From positions 1-64,000 of the forward strand of contig JBJMOW010000004.1 in NCBI GenBank assembly GCA_045803545.1: a stretch of DNA of 64,000 nucleotides, written 5' to 3'. Under the pieces are notes generated by a model that was not told the DNA's origin, searched no databases, and saw nothing but the letters and a program-made list of their open reading frames with translations. The stretch is from Gemmatimonadaceae bacterium (GTDB lineage Bacteria; Gemmatimonadota; Gemmatimonadetes; Gemmatimonadales; Gemmatimonadaceae). The position numbers and the translations under genes are program-made. Shown piece after piece: positions 12,676-23,453 of this stretch. Position 1 is the first letter of the stretch. Every line of letters starts with the position of its first letter.

Positions 12676-14481
12676 ATGTATAAACTAGAGGGCGATCCCT
12701 CTCCGCTTGGCGATTTCACAACTCGCCCCCGCGTCATCACCATCAGCGTGATGGCAATCGTCATCGGCATCATCAGCGCCTACGTTGCACTCGCGCTCCT
12801 CAAGCTGATCGGATTTTTCACAAATCTCTTCTTCTTTCAGCGCTTCAGCACTGCGCTAGTTTCGCCCGCCGGCCATCACCTCGGTCCGTTCGTCATTGTC
12901 GTTCCCGTCATCGGCGCGCTGATCATCGGTTTCATGGCGCGTTACGGCTCGGAGCGAATTCGCGGTCACGGAATCCCGGAAGCGATCGAAGCGATCCTGA
13001 TCAATGGCAGTCGCGTGGACCCCAAAGTCGCGATACTCAAGCCCATTTCGTCGGCGATCTCGATCGGATCTGGCGGTCCGTTCGGCGCGGAAGGCCCGAT
13101 CATCATGACCGGTGGCGCGTTCGGCTCACTGATCGCGCAGTTCTTCCATCTGACTGCCTCGGAGCGAAAGACATTGCTCGTCGCCGGCGCTGCCGCTGGA
13201 ATGTCCGCCACGTTTGCAGCTCCGGTTGCTTCTGTTTTGCTGGCCGTCGAGCTGTTGCTGTTCGAGTGGAAGCCACGCAGCATGATTCCCGTCGCACTCG
13301 CGTCCGCGGCTGCCGCTGCAGCGCGTCGCTACATCATGGGAATGGGACCGTTGTTCCCGGTTCCTCCACACCCGGCATTCATCGGACCGGGTGGTCTCGC
13401 CGGTTGCGTCCTGGCGGGCATTCTCGCCGGCGCGCTGAGCGGCCTGCTAACGCTCGCTGTCTACTTCTTCGAAGACTCATTCGCGAAACTGCCGATCCAT
13501 TGGATGTGGTGGCCAGCTATCGGTGGACTGATCATCGGTATCGGCGGCTACATTTGCCCGCAGGCACTCGGCGTCGGGTACGACATCATCGGCGCGGAGC
13601 TGCAAGGCACCATCGCGTTGAAACTCATTCTGCTGATTCTCGTCGTTAAGTCTATCATCTGGTCCGCATCGCTTGGCTCTGGCACATCCGGAGGTGTCCT
13701 CGCCCCGTTGCTGATGATGGGTGGCGCGCTGGGAGGACTCGAGGCGCTCGTCCTTCCTGGCGAGGGTGCGGGTTTCTGGGCGCTGGTAAGCATGGGCGCG
13801 ATCCTCGGCGGTACGATGCGCTCGCCGTTTACCGGCGTGATCTTCGTGTTAGAGCTCACCCACGACGTGAACATGCTGCTGCCGCTGCTCGTCGCGGTGA
13901 CGCTCGCACACGGTTTCACCGTTCTCTTCCTGCGCCGGTCCATCCTCACCGAGAAAGTCGCGCGCCGCGGATTTCACTTGAGCCGCGAGTACGCGGTCGA
14001 TCCGCTGGAGATCTTGTTCGCGAAAGAGGTGATGCACCAGAATGTCGTAGCGCTGTCGACGACAGCTACTTTCGACACCCTTACCCAGGCGCTGAAGATC
14101 GACCCGAAGAAGGGGCCACAAAGACTTTTCCCGATCGTCGACGAGTCCCGCCATCTGCTTGGCGTCGTCACTCGCGTCGATCTTCAGAACGTCGTCAATG
14201 GCGGTGCGGCTGCTGCCAGCAATGCCCTTACGAAAGCAATTCGCAACACGCCGACCGTTGCGCATCCTGACGAGCCTCTTCGTGTGATCGTACATCGCAT
14301 GGCGCACACCGGCCTCACTCACTTCCCTGTCGTGGAACGTGAGAACGGACAGCAATTTGTCGGTTTGATCGCTCTCGACGACCTGCTTCGTGCACGCGCT
14401 CTCAATCTGGAAGCGGAAAGAAGACGGGAGCGGGTATTCAAGTTCCCGCTCTTGCTGCCTTTCGGAAGGAAAGCCACCTAG
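12676..14481 (+). CDS. ClC chloride channel/antiporter with CBS pair
   Basis: GHGIPE, GPFGAEGP, GTSGGVLAP, many TMs, C-terminal CBS domains. Confidence 0.92.
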   Translation: MYKLEGDPSPLGDFTTRPRVITISVMAIVIGIISAYVALALLKLIGFFTNLFFFQRFSTALVSPAGHHLGPFVIVVPVIGALIIGFMARYGSERIRGHGIPEAIEAILINGSRVDPKVAILKPISSAISIGSGGPFGAEGPIIMTGGAFGSLIAQFFHLTASERKTLLVAGAAAGMSATFAAPVASVLLAVELLLFEWKPRSMIPVALASAAAAAARRYIMGMGPLFPVPPHPAFIGPGGLAGCVLAGILAGALSGLLTLAVYFFEDSFAKLPIHWMWWPAIGGLIIGIGGYICPQALGVGYDIIGAELQGTIALKLILLILVVKSIIWSASLGSGTSGGVLAPLLMMGGALGGLEALVLPGEGAGFWALVSMGAILGGTMRSPFTGVIFVLELTHDVNMLLPLLVAVTLAHGFTVLFLRRSILTEKVARRGFHLSREYAVDPLEILFAKEVMHQNVVALSTTATFDTLTQALKIDPKKGPQRLFPIVDESRHLLGVVTRVDLQNVVNGGAAAASNALTKAIRNTPTVAHPDEPLRVIVHRMAHTGLTHFPVVERENGQQFVGLIALDDLLRARALNLEAERRRERVFKFPLLLPFGRKAT

Positions 14482-14487
14482 CTCGCC

Positions 14488-15117
14488 CTACTGCGGGATT
14501 TCGCTGTCCCGCAACAGGCGCCCAAAGAAAGCAAGGTTGCGCGCCATTTTTTCTGCCGCCTGTGCCGTGTTCTTGTCCTCGCGGAACTTTCTGCCGAGCG
14601 ATTTCTTCGTGGCGCGAGTGTACTCGTCCTGATACGACACCGAGCAGTGCGGCGGCAGGGTGAGACCCATGTTCAGCAGGAAGTTGGAGATATTCCCGGT
14701 GATGTGCTGTTCACCGTCTTCCTCGCCAGTGATGATGATCCCGCCAACCTTGTTGTTCAGTCGCGACTTCCCTGTCTCCAGCAGCTCGTCGTGCAGCTCG
14801 TCGAGGCGCTCGATGACGCGCTGCATCAGCGACGACTGAATTCCCCACCAGATCGGCGTGGCGAAGATGATGATCTCGGCAGCCAGAATCTTTTTGAGAA
14901 TGCCTGGCCACTCATCGCCCGATCCCATGTTGCTCTTCGTTCCGGGCGGGATGTTGCGGTCGACGAGTCGGACCATATCGCTGCGTACGCCATTTTCGCG
15001 CAAACACTCTATCACCACCTCGCACAACGTTTCCGTGTGCGAGAATTCCTGGCCTGAGCGTTTGTGTTTGAGCGTCGCGAGAAGGATGACTGCTTTTAAA
15101 TCGGCCGCTGCCGGCAA
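14488..15117 (-). CDS. Flavodoxin-family NAD(P)H-dependent oxidoreductase
   Basis: IIFATPIWWG, NKVGGIIITGEEDG; start uncertain (TTG). Confidence 0.8.
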   Translation of the reverse strand: MPAAADLKAVILLATLKHKRSGQEFSHTETLCEVVIECLRENGVRSDMVRLVDRNIPPGTKSNMGSGDEWPGILKKILAAEIIIFATPIWWGIQSSLMQRVIERLDELHDELLETGKSRLNNKVGGIIITGEEDGEQHITGNISNFLLNMGLTLPPHCSVSYQDEYTRATKKSLGRKFREDKNTAQAAEKMARNLAFFGRLLRDSEIPQ

Positions 15118-16944
15118 TTATTTGCTCGCTGGTTGAGACAAAGTCGAATCCACCCACGCTCTGATGCGAGTATCGAGCACGTCGAGGGGGAGAGCGCCCT
15201 GACTGAGCACCTGATCGTGGAAACTCCGAATATCGAACCGCGGCCCCAGTTTCTGCTCGGCGTGCCTGCGCAGCGCTTTTATCTCGAGCTCGCCACTCTT
15301 GTAGGCCAGAGCCTGCGCCGGCATGACGATGTAGCGATCGACCTCCTGCACGATGTCCTGCTCGGTCTTGGCGCTATTGGATTTGAAGTAGTCGATCGCC
15401 TGCTGGCGAGTCCAGCCGAGTGAGTGGATACCGGTGTCGATGACGAGTCGGATCGCGCGCCACATCTCGTAGGTCAGCTGACCGAACTTGGAGTACGGAT
15501 CCTTATACAGTCCGAGCTCAGGCCCGAGACTCTCGGCATAGAGTCCCCAGCCTTCGACGAAGGCGGTGTACCCGCCATAGCGCCGGAAGTTGGGTATCCC
15601 CTCGCGTTCCTGCGCCAGCGCGATCTGCAGGTGATGGCCGGGCACCGACTCGTGCGCGCTCAGCACTTCCATCTCCCAGATCGGCCGCGCGTCGAGCTTG
15701 TAAGTGTTGACCATGAACTGTCCAGCCCGGCCCGAGGCGACCGATCCCGGTTGATAGTACGCCGTTGTTTGCGATGGCGCCGAGTACGATGGAATCGTCG
15801 ACACGCCGTAGGTGAGTCGCGGCAATCTGCCGAATAATTTTGGCAACTCGGGATCGATACGCTTGACGACATCGCGGTATCCGCGCACGAGCGACGCCGA
15901 ATCAGTGTAAAAGAACTTCGGATCGGTGCGAAGCATCGTCACGAACGCATCGAATCCACCGGTGAACGTGGTCGACGCGATCAGACTGTCCATCTGCCCG
16001 CGAATGCGCTTCACCTCGGACAGGCCGAGTGCGTGGATCTCCTGTGGCGTGCGCGTCGTCGTCGTTTGCACTTTGACGTTGTACGCGTACCAGGCGGCGC
16101 CGTCGGGGAGCGCGCTCATGCCGATGCTTTGTCGCGTGTGCGGGATGTACGCCGTTACGAGATAGCGGTGAAGTCGCTGGAACGCCGGGCGATCGAGCTC
16201 TGCATAGACTTTCTGCGCCTCCGAGCTCAGGCGCGACTGCTCTCGCTGCGGGATCCCCACAGGAAAATGGGTGAACGGCGACAGCAGTGCGCTGGAGATC
16301 GCATCGTCGGGAATCAAGTTCTCCACCTGCGCCGGAACATCACGCAGTGTGACGCGGGGCGGCGTGACACCGCGCTTGAGACCACTGTCGAGCAGCGCGA
16401 TCGTCTGATCGACGACTGCTGGCAGCGTACGCAGCCGGGCGATGATGTTCTCGTAATCCTTGATCGTCGCCTGCGGAGATGATTCGAGGGTCGACGCGAG
16501 ATACTGCGGACCGTTCCGTTGATCGACCGGCATCAAATCGCTCGGGAAGCGTTGGCCCTCCAGCGCTTCCTCGAATCCGCGTTTGAAGATGTCGTAGCTC
16601 AGTTGATCAGCCGGATTCAGTCGCGCGCGATCGACGGCGCGTATGGTGTTTAGCTCGGTCCTGACCAGCGCCCGCTGGGCCCGGATTGCAGGGAAGGAGA
16701 GATTCGACCAGCGGTCGTTCTGACCCGGGTAGCCAGTGTAGGTCGCATATTCCGGGAACGTGACGTTCGTGTATTCCCAGTCGAGATCGAGTAGCTGATG
16801 GAATTTCGCGCTGTCGGTAAGACCAGAGGCAGTCGCCAGGGTCGCAAATCGCTTCGGAAAATCCGACGTCCCCTGCGCTGCACCGCTCTGGGTGACCGCG
16901 ACCACCGCCGTCAGCAGGAATGCGAATCGCTTCGACCGAGTCAT
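15118..16944 (-). CDS. DUF885 family secreted protein
   Basis: Signal peptide; HESVPGHHLQ, AFVEGWGLYAE, RAIRLVIDTGIH, PAQALAYK. Confidence 0.92.
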   Translation of the reverse strand: MTRSKRFAFLLTAVVAVTQSGAAQGTSDFPKRFATLATASGLTDSAKFHQLLDLDWEYTNVTFPEYATYTGYPGQNDRWSNLSFPAIRAQRALVRTELNTIRAVDRARLNPADQLSYDIFKRGFEEALEGQRFPSDLMPVDQRNGPQYLASTLESSPQATIKDYENIIARLRTLPAVVDQTIALLDSGLKRGVTPPRVTLRDVPAQVENLIPDDAISSALLSPFTHFPVGIPQREQSRLSSEAQKVYAELDRPAFQRLHRYLVTAYIPHTRQSIGMSALPDGAAWYAYNVKVQTTTTRTPQEIHALGLSEVKRIRGQMDSLIASTTFTGGFDAFVTMLRTDPKFFYTDSASLVRGYRDVVKRIDPELPKLFGRLPRLTYGVSTIPSYSAPSQTTAYYQPGSVASGRAGQFMVNTYKLDARPIWEMEVLSAHESVPGHHLQIALAQEREGIPNFRRYGGYTAFVEGWGLYAESLGPELGLYKDPYSKFGQLTYEMWRAIRLVIDTGIHSLGWTRQQAIDYFKSNSAKTEQDIVQEVDRYIVMPAQALAYKSGELEIKALRRHAEQKLGPRFDIRSFHDQVLSQGALPLDVLDTRIRAWVDSTLSQPASK

Positions 16945-17044
16945 GGCGCCTCGAATATGCCGGTCGGGAGATGGCGCAGCAACGTGCGCTATCGGACAAT
17001 TGCAGTCCCCTTACATCGACCGCTTGCTTTGCAGATTATGGGGC

Positions 17045-17581
17045 GTGACGCAGATCATTTTCCTGTATGGCCGCCCGGGCGTCGGCAAGCTCACCGTTGG
17101 TGAGCATCTGACCAACGAGACGGGCTACAGTCTGCTGCACAACCATTCAGTTGTCGACCTGGCGACGTCACTGTTTCCGTTCGGCACCCCAGCGTTCGTC
17201 ACGCTGCGGGAAATACTCTGGCACACGTGTGTGGATGCTGCGCTCAAGTCCAAAGCCGGCGGCGTCATCATCACCTTCGCGCCTGAAGCGACAGTGACCG
17301 ACAACTTCATCCCTGCGCTGCAGAAGCGTGTCGCCTCGGGCGGCGGCACGATCCACTTCATCGAGCTCAAATGCAGCAATGATGAATTGGAGAAGCGCAT
17401 CCAGTCCGAGCCGCGCGAGCGTTTTGGCAAGCTGCGCGACGTCTACAAGTTCCGGAAACTCGATGAGGCCGGCACCTTCGATAAACCGAAGATGCCGACC
17501 CCGGAGCTCGTGATTGACACTACGACTCAGAACCCACTCGAGTCCGCGCGCGCAATCGCGCGCCATCTTCGTCAGCGTTAG
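17045..17581 (+). CDS. Small P-loop kinase-like protein
   Basis: GTG start; IIFLYGRPGVGKLT Walker A variant. Confidence 0.75.
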   Translation: MTQIIFLYGRPGVGKLTVGEHLTNETGYSLLHNHSVVDLATSLFPFGTPAFVTLREILWHTCVDAALKSKAGGVIITFAPEATVTDNFIPALQKRVASGGGTIHFIELKCSNDELEKRIQSEPRERFGKLRDVYKFRKLDEAGTFDKPKMPTPELVIDTTTQNPLESARAIARHLRQR

Positions 17582-18372
17582 CCGTGATGCTCGGAGTGGT
17601 CGTCCTCGCCCGAGTGATCGTCGTCCTCGAACGCGTGGAAGGAGCGGCGAATGTTATCCTCGATTCTCGATAGCGCCTCACTGCCCGGCGTCGCCGAGGT
17701 TGGATCAATTGCGTTACCATTGCTGTCGAGGAACCACTTCGCAACGTCGAGACTGACGGTCGCATTCGTCGTTGTCGCGTCGATCACCAGCGGCGGATCG
17801 AATTCCATTTCGAGTCCTGAGCGCGCCGCTGACGTGAACACGAAGGCAGTGCCTTTGTAAGTGCCTTCGACCCGAATGCTCTTGCCAACAAGAGTTGGAT
17901 TGGCGGCGTTGAACGCCGTGGCGTCGTCGCGAGCCGGCTCCAGCTTCGCCTCCAGCTTGCGATAAGTTCCCGCCGTCAGCGGCACCGAGAGAACCACGTG
18001 CCAAGCATCATCGACCGGAATGTCGACGAGCACGGGATCGCGCGATACATCCTCGCACTCTTCGCCGGCTTCGCCATGATCGTCGCCGCCGTCCTCTATC
18101 TCGCCGACGCAGCTCGTGTTGTCGTCTTCGTTGAGCTCGATTTTCCCGACGACCACCTGGACCTTGCTCAATACCAGCTCGTTGTTCGCACCGACGGTGA
18201 TGTCGGGCGACATGCGGATGCCGGTAGCAGCAACACTCGAGGCGTTATTGGTAGTGAATGAAAGTTGAACGCTTTTCTTATTGGTTCCAGTAAGATCACT
18301 GCTGCACGCCGCCAGCGCGATGAACACAGCTGTGAAAAAGAGCGGCTTGGCGAGGGATTTCTGTGCGGTCAT
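17578..18372 (-). CDS. Hypothetical lipoprotein (DUF4382-like beta fold)
   Basis: AGGAGGAG RBS; LAAC lipobox; acidic/His-rich tail. Confidence 0.75.
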   Translation of the reverse strand: MTAQKSLAKPLFFTAVFIALAACSSDLTGTNKKSVQLSFTTNNASSVAATGIRMSPDITVGANNELVLSKVQVVVGKIELNEDDNTSCVGEIEDGGDDHGEAGEECEDVSRDPVLVDIPVDDAWHVVLSVPLTAGTYRKLEAKLEPARDDATAFNAANPTLVGKSIRVEGTYKGTAFVFTSAARSGLEMEFDPPLVIDATTTNATVSLDVAKWFLDSNGNAIDPTSATPGSEALSRIEDNIRRSFHAFEDDDHSGEDDHSEHHG

Positions 18373-18594
18373 TTCTCCTCCTGTTCGGTTGGCGCAACAC
18401 TGCGCAGGCATTTGCTGCTGCCCGCATCCGAATGACGCCTTACTTACAACCTTCGCTACCTAGTTTGCGGTGGTCGGCGTCTTTTGATCGGTGAAAAGCG
18501 GGGTTGGTGTGCCAGGAGGAGGCTACGAAGAAACAGTGTTAGCGAGAGTCGTCAACGTCCTTTGCGGATCCGTGCCGCTGCGACATGAGCCGGC

Positions 18595-18623
18595 GTAACG
18601 ATTCGTTGCAACGATTCGTTGCA
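18595..18623. promoter_or_regulatory. Tandem palindrome, candidate regulator site
   Basis: AACGATTCGTTGC twice; TGCAACGA-T-TCGTTGCA perfect palindrome at 18607-18623. Confidence 0.45.
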
Positions 18624-18730
18624 CCGAAATCTTGCAGCGAGATTCGCGCATAATCGGTATCAAAATCATTGGGTGGTTAGTCATTCAAGTGGTACGGTCA
18701 GCGTGCCACACTCTCTCCTGGAGTACCCAG

Positions 18731-19108
18731 ATGACATCCAACAAAAAGGGCTTTACGCTCATCGAGCTGCTGATCGTCGTCGTGATTATTGGTATTCTCG
18801 CGGCGATCGCAATCCCGAAATTCTCCAATACGAAAGAGAAAGCCTACGTCGCAGCAATGAAGTCCGACCTGCGTAACCTCGCTACCTATGAAGAGCAATA
18901 CGCGGCAGATAACAACGGCGCGTACTTCGGCGGCACCGCAACCTCGGCCGCAACTCTACAAGGGTTCAGTCCGTCGCAAAACGTGACGATCACCGTCACC
19001 AGCGTCGCTGGCCCGCCGCCAAGCTGGACCGCGACCGCGGTTCACTCGCAGACCGCAAAGACCTGCGACAGCAACGTGACCGCACAGGGCGTTATTACCT
19101 GCACGTGA
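18731..19108 (+). CDS. Type IV pilin-like protein
   Basis: KKG|FTLIELLIVVVIIGILAAIAIPKF class III signal; C-terminal Cys pair; GGAG RBS. Confidence 0.93.
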   Translation: MTSNKKGFTLIELLIVVVIIGILAAIAIPKFSNTKEKAYVAAMKSDLRNLATYEEQYAADNNGAYFGGTATSAATLQGFSPSQNVTITVTSVAGPPPSWTATAVHSQTAKTCDSNVTAQGVITCT

Positions 19109-19132
19109 TTCTGACATTCAACCGCATCTAAG

Positions 19133-19286
19133 AACAAGAAAAGGTAGGCAGGTTGCAGAGTTTGCTCAGGTAGAAGTCAGCAGCGTTGGAGTTCGCAACC
19201 GTAGCGCAATGCTCCTGAAATGCGACACTCTTACGCTGCGACCTGCAGTCTGAGCCCTCTGCTACCTGCCTACCTTTGTTCTTGTT
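19133..19286. repeat. Long hairpin element, family A copy 1 (REPIN/MITE-like)
   Basis: Arms aaggtaggcaggttgcagag..gctcag / ctgagc..ctctgctacctgcctacctt; related to 47770 and 50058. Confidence 0.85.
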
Positions 19287-19300
19287 GTTCACCAGTCGTA

Positions 19301-20779
19301 TCACTGATTGAAGTCGAACGCCGCCGTCATATCGTGCGCCGCTGCGTCGCGGGTGCCGAGCGGCTTGAGCCCGAATCGCTTCTCGATCAGCGCCAGAATC
19401 GAGCTCGTGTCGTAGCGCGTGTGATCGACGTAGTTGTGCTTCGCGTAAGGCGAGATGACGATCGCCGGCACCCGAGCGCCCGGTCCCCAACGGTCTATCG
19501 TCGGCGGCGCGACGTGATCCCAGAATCCGCCGTTCTCGTCGTAGGTAATGATCACTGCTGTTGATTTCCACTCCGCGGTCGATCGCAGCGTCCCCAACAG
19601 CTCGACGACGTGCTGCTCTCCGCTCAGCACATTGGCATAACCGGGATGTTCGTTCAACTCGCCCAACGGTTTCACGAACGAAACTGCCGGAAGTTTGCCC
19701 GCACGCGCGGCAGCGACGAACTCGATTTCATCCTTCAGATGCTGAGCGCGACCCGGTGTGCCGTCAGCGTAATTGGCGAAATACGCGAACGGCTGATGGT
19801 GAAACTGAAAGAGCTTGTCCGGATGCCCTTGTACCGCGTGATTCCAACCCCCGGAGTACCACGCCCAGGAGATTTGTTTCTCCGATAACCGGTCGCCGAT
19901 CGTCGGCATCGTCTGATTCGGAACCAGCGACGCCCGCGACGCGTTCGCCGGATGCGGTGAATTCACAGTGAACGCAGTGTTGACGACGAAACCGTCCGGC
20001 GTCACCGTGCCGTCCCTGATCATGTTGCCGCGCGAATCCAGTCGGGCCTTCATTGACTGCGGCGCATTCGGAAACAGCGGCGCCTGCAGTGAAACGAAGA
20101 AGATGTGATTCAGGAAAGAACCACCAAACGCCCCGTGAAAGAAATTGTCGCAGAGCGTGTTCGTCGCTGCTTCCTGAGCAAGCGGCAGGTTCGTGGTATG
20201 GTAGTATCCCATCACCAGACCCTGCGCATCACTGATCGCAGCGAAACGATCCATCCGTCCGCCGTCGATTTGCGCCTGCTGTTGATAGAACCGGTGCACC
20301 AGATCCGGTGTCTTCGCGTTGATCGGGATGTAGCGCTCGATGCTGAACGGTGCATTCGGCAAATCGGCGGGAAACGCTTTGCCCGGCGGCCTCGGCAGAT
20401 GCTTATAGGGGTGACCGGCCCTGTCCACTTGTGTCGCGTGGTCGCCCGCGTTGGACAGCCCGTTCGCGCCGCTGAACTCGCCGTACAGATTGTCGAAGCT
20501 GTGGTTTTCGAGGTAGATCACGACGATGTGCTGCAGCTTCTCGAGTCCTGCCGGCGGATTCGTCGCCGCCACAGCCTGGTTCTGCGCGCCCGACTTCGAA
20601 TCAGTGAAGGCGTCGCGAGAGCAGGATACGCCAACCGCGGCCAGCAGCAGCGCTGCTACAACCGTGGCCGTTTCGTGACGAAGCCTAAACCACAGTGCAG
20701 TGTGATCCGTACGAGTGACCGCGACTTTCGGGTGACCGCACAGGAGATCGCGATGGATGAAGTTGTTTTGCGGAATCAT
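19301..20779 (-). CDS. AcpA-like acid phosphatase / phosphoesterase, probable lipoprotein (start uncertain)
   Basis: [50 protein letters not shown]. Confidence 0.88.
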   Translation of the reverse strand: MIPQNNFIHRDLLCGHPKVAVTRTDHTALWFRLRHETATVVAALLLAAVGVSCSRDAFTDSKSGAQNQAVAATNPPAGLEKLQHIVVIYLENHSFDNLYGEFSGANGLSNAGDHATQVDRAGHPYKHLPRPPGKAFPADLPNAPFSIERYIPINAKTPDLVHRFYQQQAQIDGGRMDRFAAISDAQGLVMGYYHTTNLPLAQEAATNTLCDNFFHGAFGGSFLNHIFFVSLQAPLFPNAPQSMKARLDSRGNMIRDGTVTPDGFVVNTAFTVNSPHPANASRASLVPNQTMPTIGDRLSEKQISWAWYSGGWNHAVQGHPDKLFQFHHQPFAYFANYADGTPGRAQHLKDEIEFVAAARAGKLPAVSFVKPLGELNEHPGYANVLSGEQHVVELLGTLRSTAEWKSTAVIITYDENGGFWDHVAPPTIDRWGPGARVPAIVISPYAKHNYVDHTRYDTSSILALIEKRFGLKPLGTRDAAAHDMTAAFDFNQ

Positions 20780-20824
20780 TCCCCCAAGCAGACGCGACTT
20801 GCGTACCCAGGCGAACGATTGACG

Positions 20825-21976
20825 TTAGCCGATCCGTTCTCCGCTGACTGCGTCGAAGAAATGCGCTCGCTCGAGATTGAACGAGAGCACGATGTCGGAG
20901 CCGAGGGGTGGCAGCGGCTGCGGCGGGGAGAGTCGCGCAGTGAGATCGTGCCGCCCCGCCCGCGCGTAGATGAACGTCTCATTACCGAGCGACTCTACGA
21001 GATCGAGTCGCGCTGTCGTGGTGGCCGGGGAAATCCCTGGTCCTGCGACTACTGACAAATCTTCGGGCCTGATCCCGAGCGTCACTGCCTTGCCCCGCGC
21101 AGAGGTGAGTGCATTAGCCACGCGCGTGGGAAGATGTAGCTCCCAATCTCCGCCTTCGGCGACGAAGCTCGCTCCTGGCGCTTGCCCCTTCTCGCTTCCC
21201 CCATCCCCCATCCCGCTTCCCGCCTCCCGCACTACGCCGTCAACAAAATTCATCGCCGGATTCCCAATGAACCCCGCCACGAACCTGTTCTTCGGCCGCT
21301 CGTAGAGATTGAGCGGCGTATCTACCTGCATCACGTGCCCGCGGTTCATCACCACGATGCGGTCGCCGAGCGTCATCGCCTCGACCTGATCGTGGGTGAC
21401 GTAGATCATCGTCACCTTGAGCTCCTGATGCAGTCGCGCGATCTCGCGCCGCATGGAGACTCGCATCTGAGCGTCCAGATTCGACAACGGCTCGTCAAAC
21501 AGGAAGACCTGTGGCTGTCGCACGATCGCCCGCCCAAGCGCCACGCGCTGTCGTTGCCCGCCCGAAAGCTGCCTCGGCTTGCGATCGAGGAACTGATCGA
21601 GTCCCAGCGTTGTGGCGGCGCTTTGCACACGCTGATCGATGTCGCTCGCCCGCATGTTCCTGAGTTTGAGAGCGAAGCCCAGGTTCTCCCGCACGCTCAT
21701 GTGCGGATAGAGTGCGTAATTCTGGAACACCATCGCGATGTCGCGCGCCTTGGGCGCCACGTCGTTGACCACCCGATCGCCGATGGTGATGGTGCCGGCG
21801 CTGATCGACTCGAGGCCAGCGATCATGCGCAGCGTTGTGCTCTTTCCGCACCCTGATGGCCCCACCAGCACCACGAATTCCCCGTCGCCAACGTCGACAT
21901 CGACGCGATCGACGGCTACCTGCTGTGGCCCTTCTGTATAGATTTTGCGAACCCCTTCGAGCTTCACTCTCGCCAT
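20825..21976 (-). CDS. Sugar ABC transporter ATPase (MalK/MsmX family)
   Basis: GPSGCGKS, LSGGQRQR, FDEPLSNLD, C-terminal TOBE; AAGGA RBS. Confidence 0.95.
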   Translation of the reverse strand: MARVKLEGVRKIYTEGPQQVAVDRVDVDVGDGEFVVLVGPSGCGKSTTLRMIAGLESISAGTITIGDRVVNDVAPKARDIAMVFQNYALYPHMSVRENLGFALKLRNMRASDIDQRVQSAATTLGLDQFLDRKPRQLSGGQRQRVALGRAIVRQPQVFLFDEPLSNLDAQMRVSMRREIARLHQELKVTMIYVTHDQVEAMTLGDRIVVMNRGHVMQVDTPLNLYERPKNRFVAGFIGNPAMNFVDGVVREAGSGMGDGGSEKGQAPGASFVAEGGDWELHLPTRVANALTSARGKAVTLGIRPEDLSVVAGPGISPATTTARLDLVESLGNETFIYARAGRHDLTARLSPPQPLPPLGSDIVLSFNLERAHFFDAVSGERIG

Positions 21977-21987
21977 AAAATTCCTTG

Positions 21988-23349
21988 ATGAGCGACAGCT
22001 ACAAATTCCCCGTTGATTTTTTGTGGGGAACGTCGACTTCCGCGTATCAAATTGAAGGCTCCCCGACCGCCGATGGCGCGGGTCCGAGCATCTGGCATCG
22101 TTTCTCGCATACGCCCGGCAATACCTACATGGACCAGACGGGTGATGTCGCGGCCGACCATTATCGGCGGTACAAGGAAGACATCGCGCTGATGTCCGAG
22201 TTGGGGACCAACGCCTACCGGTTCAGCATCGCATGGGGCCGTATCATTCCGAATGGCACCGGCGCCATCAACAAGCGAGGCATCGACCACTACTCCCGCC
22301 TCGTCGACGAGCTGCTGAAGCGAAACATCAAGCCGAACGTCACACTCTACCACTGGGATCTTCCCGAAGCCCTCGACAATCGCGGCGGGTGGCTCAATCG
22401 AGACATCGCAGATTGGTTCTGCGATTACGCCGTCACGCTGTTCGACGCGCTTGGCGATCGCGTCGAGATGTGGTCGACGCTCAACGAGCCGTGGGTGGTG
22501 ACTGATGGCGGATACCTGAGCGGGCTGCTCGCGCCCGGGCACTCGAATTTGTACGAGGCGCCTTTGGCGACGCACAACCAGCTCCGTGCGCACGGGATGG
22601 CTGTTCATCGATTCCGCTCCACCCGCGCGGGAGAGCGTGGGAAGATCGGCATTGTCGTCAACCTCGAGCCGAAGTACCCCGCTTCGCGCTCGTCCGCTGA
22701 CCTCCAGGCGACCAAGCGTGCCGATGCATATATGAATCGGCAGTTTCTCGACCCCGTTTTTCTCGGACGATATCCAGAGGAGATGGGCGAAATCTTTGGC
22801 GAGGCGTGGCCCGAATGGTCCGAGGAAGACATGCAGCTGATAGCCGAGCCGATCGATTTTCTTGGAATCAACTACTACACGCGGAAGGTCGAGCGATTCC
22901 ACCCGGACATCCTGCCGCTCAAGACCAAGCACGTCCCGCAGCTCAATCACACCTACACTGAGACGCACTGGGAAGTTTTTCCCGAAGCGCTGACGCAATT
23001 GCTGCTGTCGGTCACCGAGCGCTATGGGAAGCTGCCGATCTACATCACCGAAAACGGTGCCGCGTTCTATGACCCACCGTCGCCGATCAATGGCCGCATC
23101 GACGATCCGCTTCGCATCGAGTACTACCGCCAGCATCTCCGCGCCGCGCACGACGCGATGAGGCAGGGCGTCGATCTGCGCGGCTACTACGCCTGGTCTC
23201 TCCTCGACAACTACGAGTGGTCCCTCGGCTTCTCCAAAAGGTTTGGCTTGGTCCACGTCGACTACGAAACCCAGCGCCGCACGGTCAAAGCAAGCGGCCG
23301 CTACTACTCGGAAGTGATTCGCAGCCAGGGCGCGAGACTTAACGAATGA
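21988..23349 (+). CDS. GH1 beta-glucosidase
   Basis: FLWGTSTSAYQIEG, TLYHWDLP, TLNEP, YITENG, WSLLDNYEW. Confidence 0.97.
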   Translation: MSDSYKFPVDFLWGTSTSAYQIEGSPTADGAGPSIWHRFSHTPGNTYMDQTGDVAADHYRRYKEDIALMSELGTNAYRFSIAWGRIIPNGTGAINKRGIDHYSRLVDELLKRNIKPNVTLYHWDLPEALDNRGGWLNRDIADWFCDYAVTLFDALGDRVEMWSTLNEPWVVTDGGYLSGLLAPGHSNLYEAPLATHNQLRAHGMAVHRFRSTRAGERGKIGIVVNLEPKYPASRSSADLQATKRADAYMNRQFLDPVFLGRYPEEMGEIFGEAWPEWSEEDMQLIAEPIDFLGINYYTRKVERFHPDILPLKTKHVPQLNHTYTETHWEVFPEALTQLLLSVTERYGKLPIYITENGAAFYDPPSPINGRIDDPLRIEYYRQHLRAAHDAMRQGVDLRGYYAWSLLDNYEWSLGFSKRFGLVHVDYETQRRTVKASGRYYSEVIRSQGARLNE

Positions 23350-23351
23350 GA

Positions 23352-23397
23352 GCTGGTGGCTAGGCTGGTGCCTAGGCTGCTCCCTAAGCTGGCAGCT
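23352..23397. repeat. Degenerate 12-bp tandem repeat
   Basis: gctggtggctag gctggtgcctag gctgctccctaa gctggcagct. Confidence 0.55.
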
Positions 23398-23453
23398 CCC
23401 GGCTTTAGTTCCATCGATGCCCGCCACGCGTCCCACACCCAGCCCGGAAACAA

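Noticed and set aside
12498..12700. Fluoride riboswitch ahead of ClC
   Set aside because: No recognisable GGCGAUG..UCGCC core, and the protein has GHGIP/GAEGP rather than CLC-F motifs
18690..18706. sigma54 promoter for the pilin (TGGTACG...TGC)
   Set aside because: GG-to-GC spacing is not the required 10 nt
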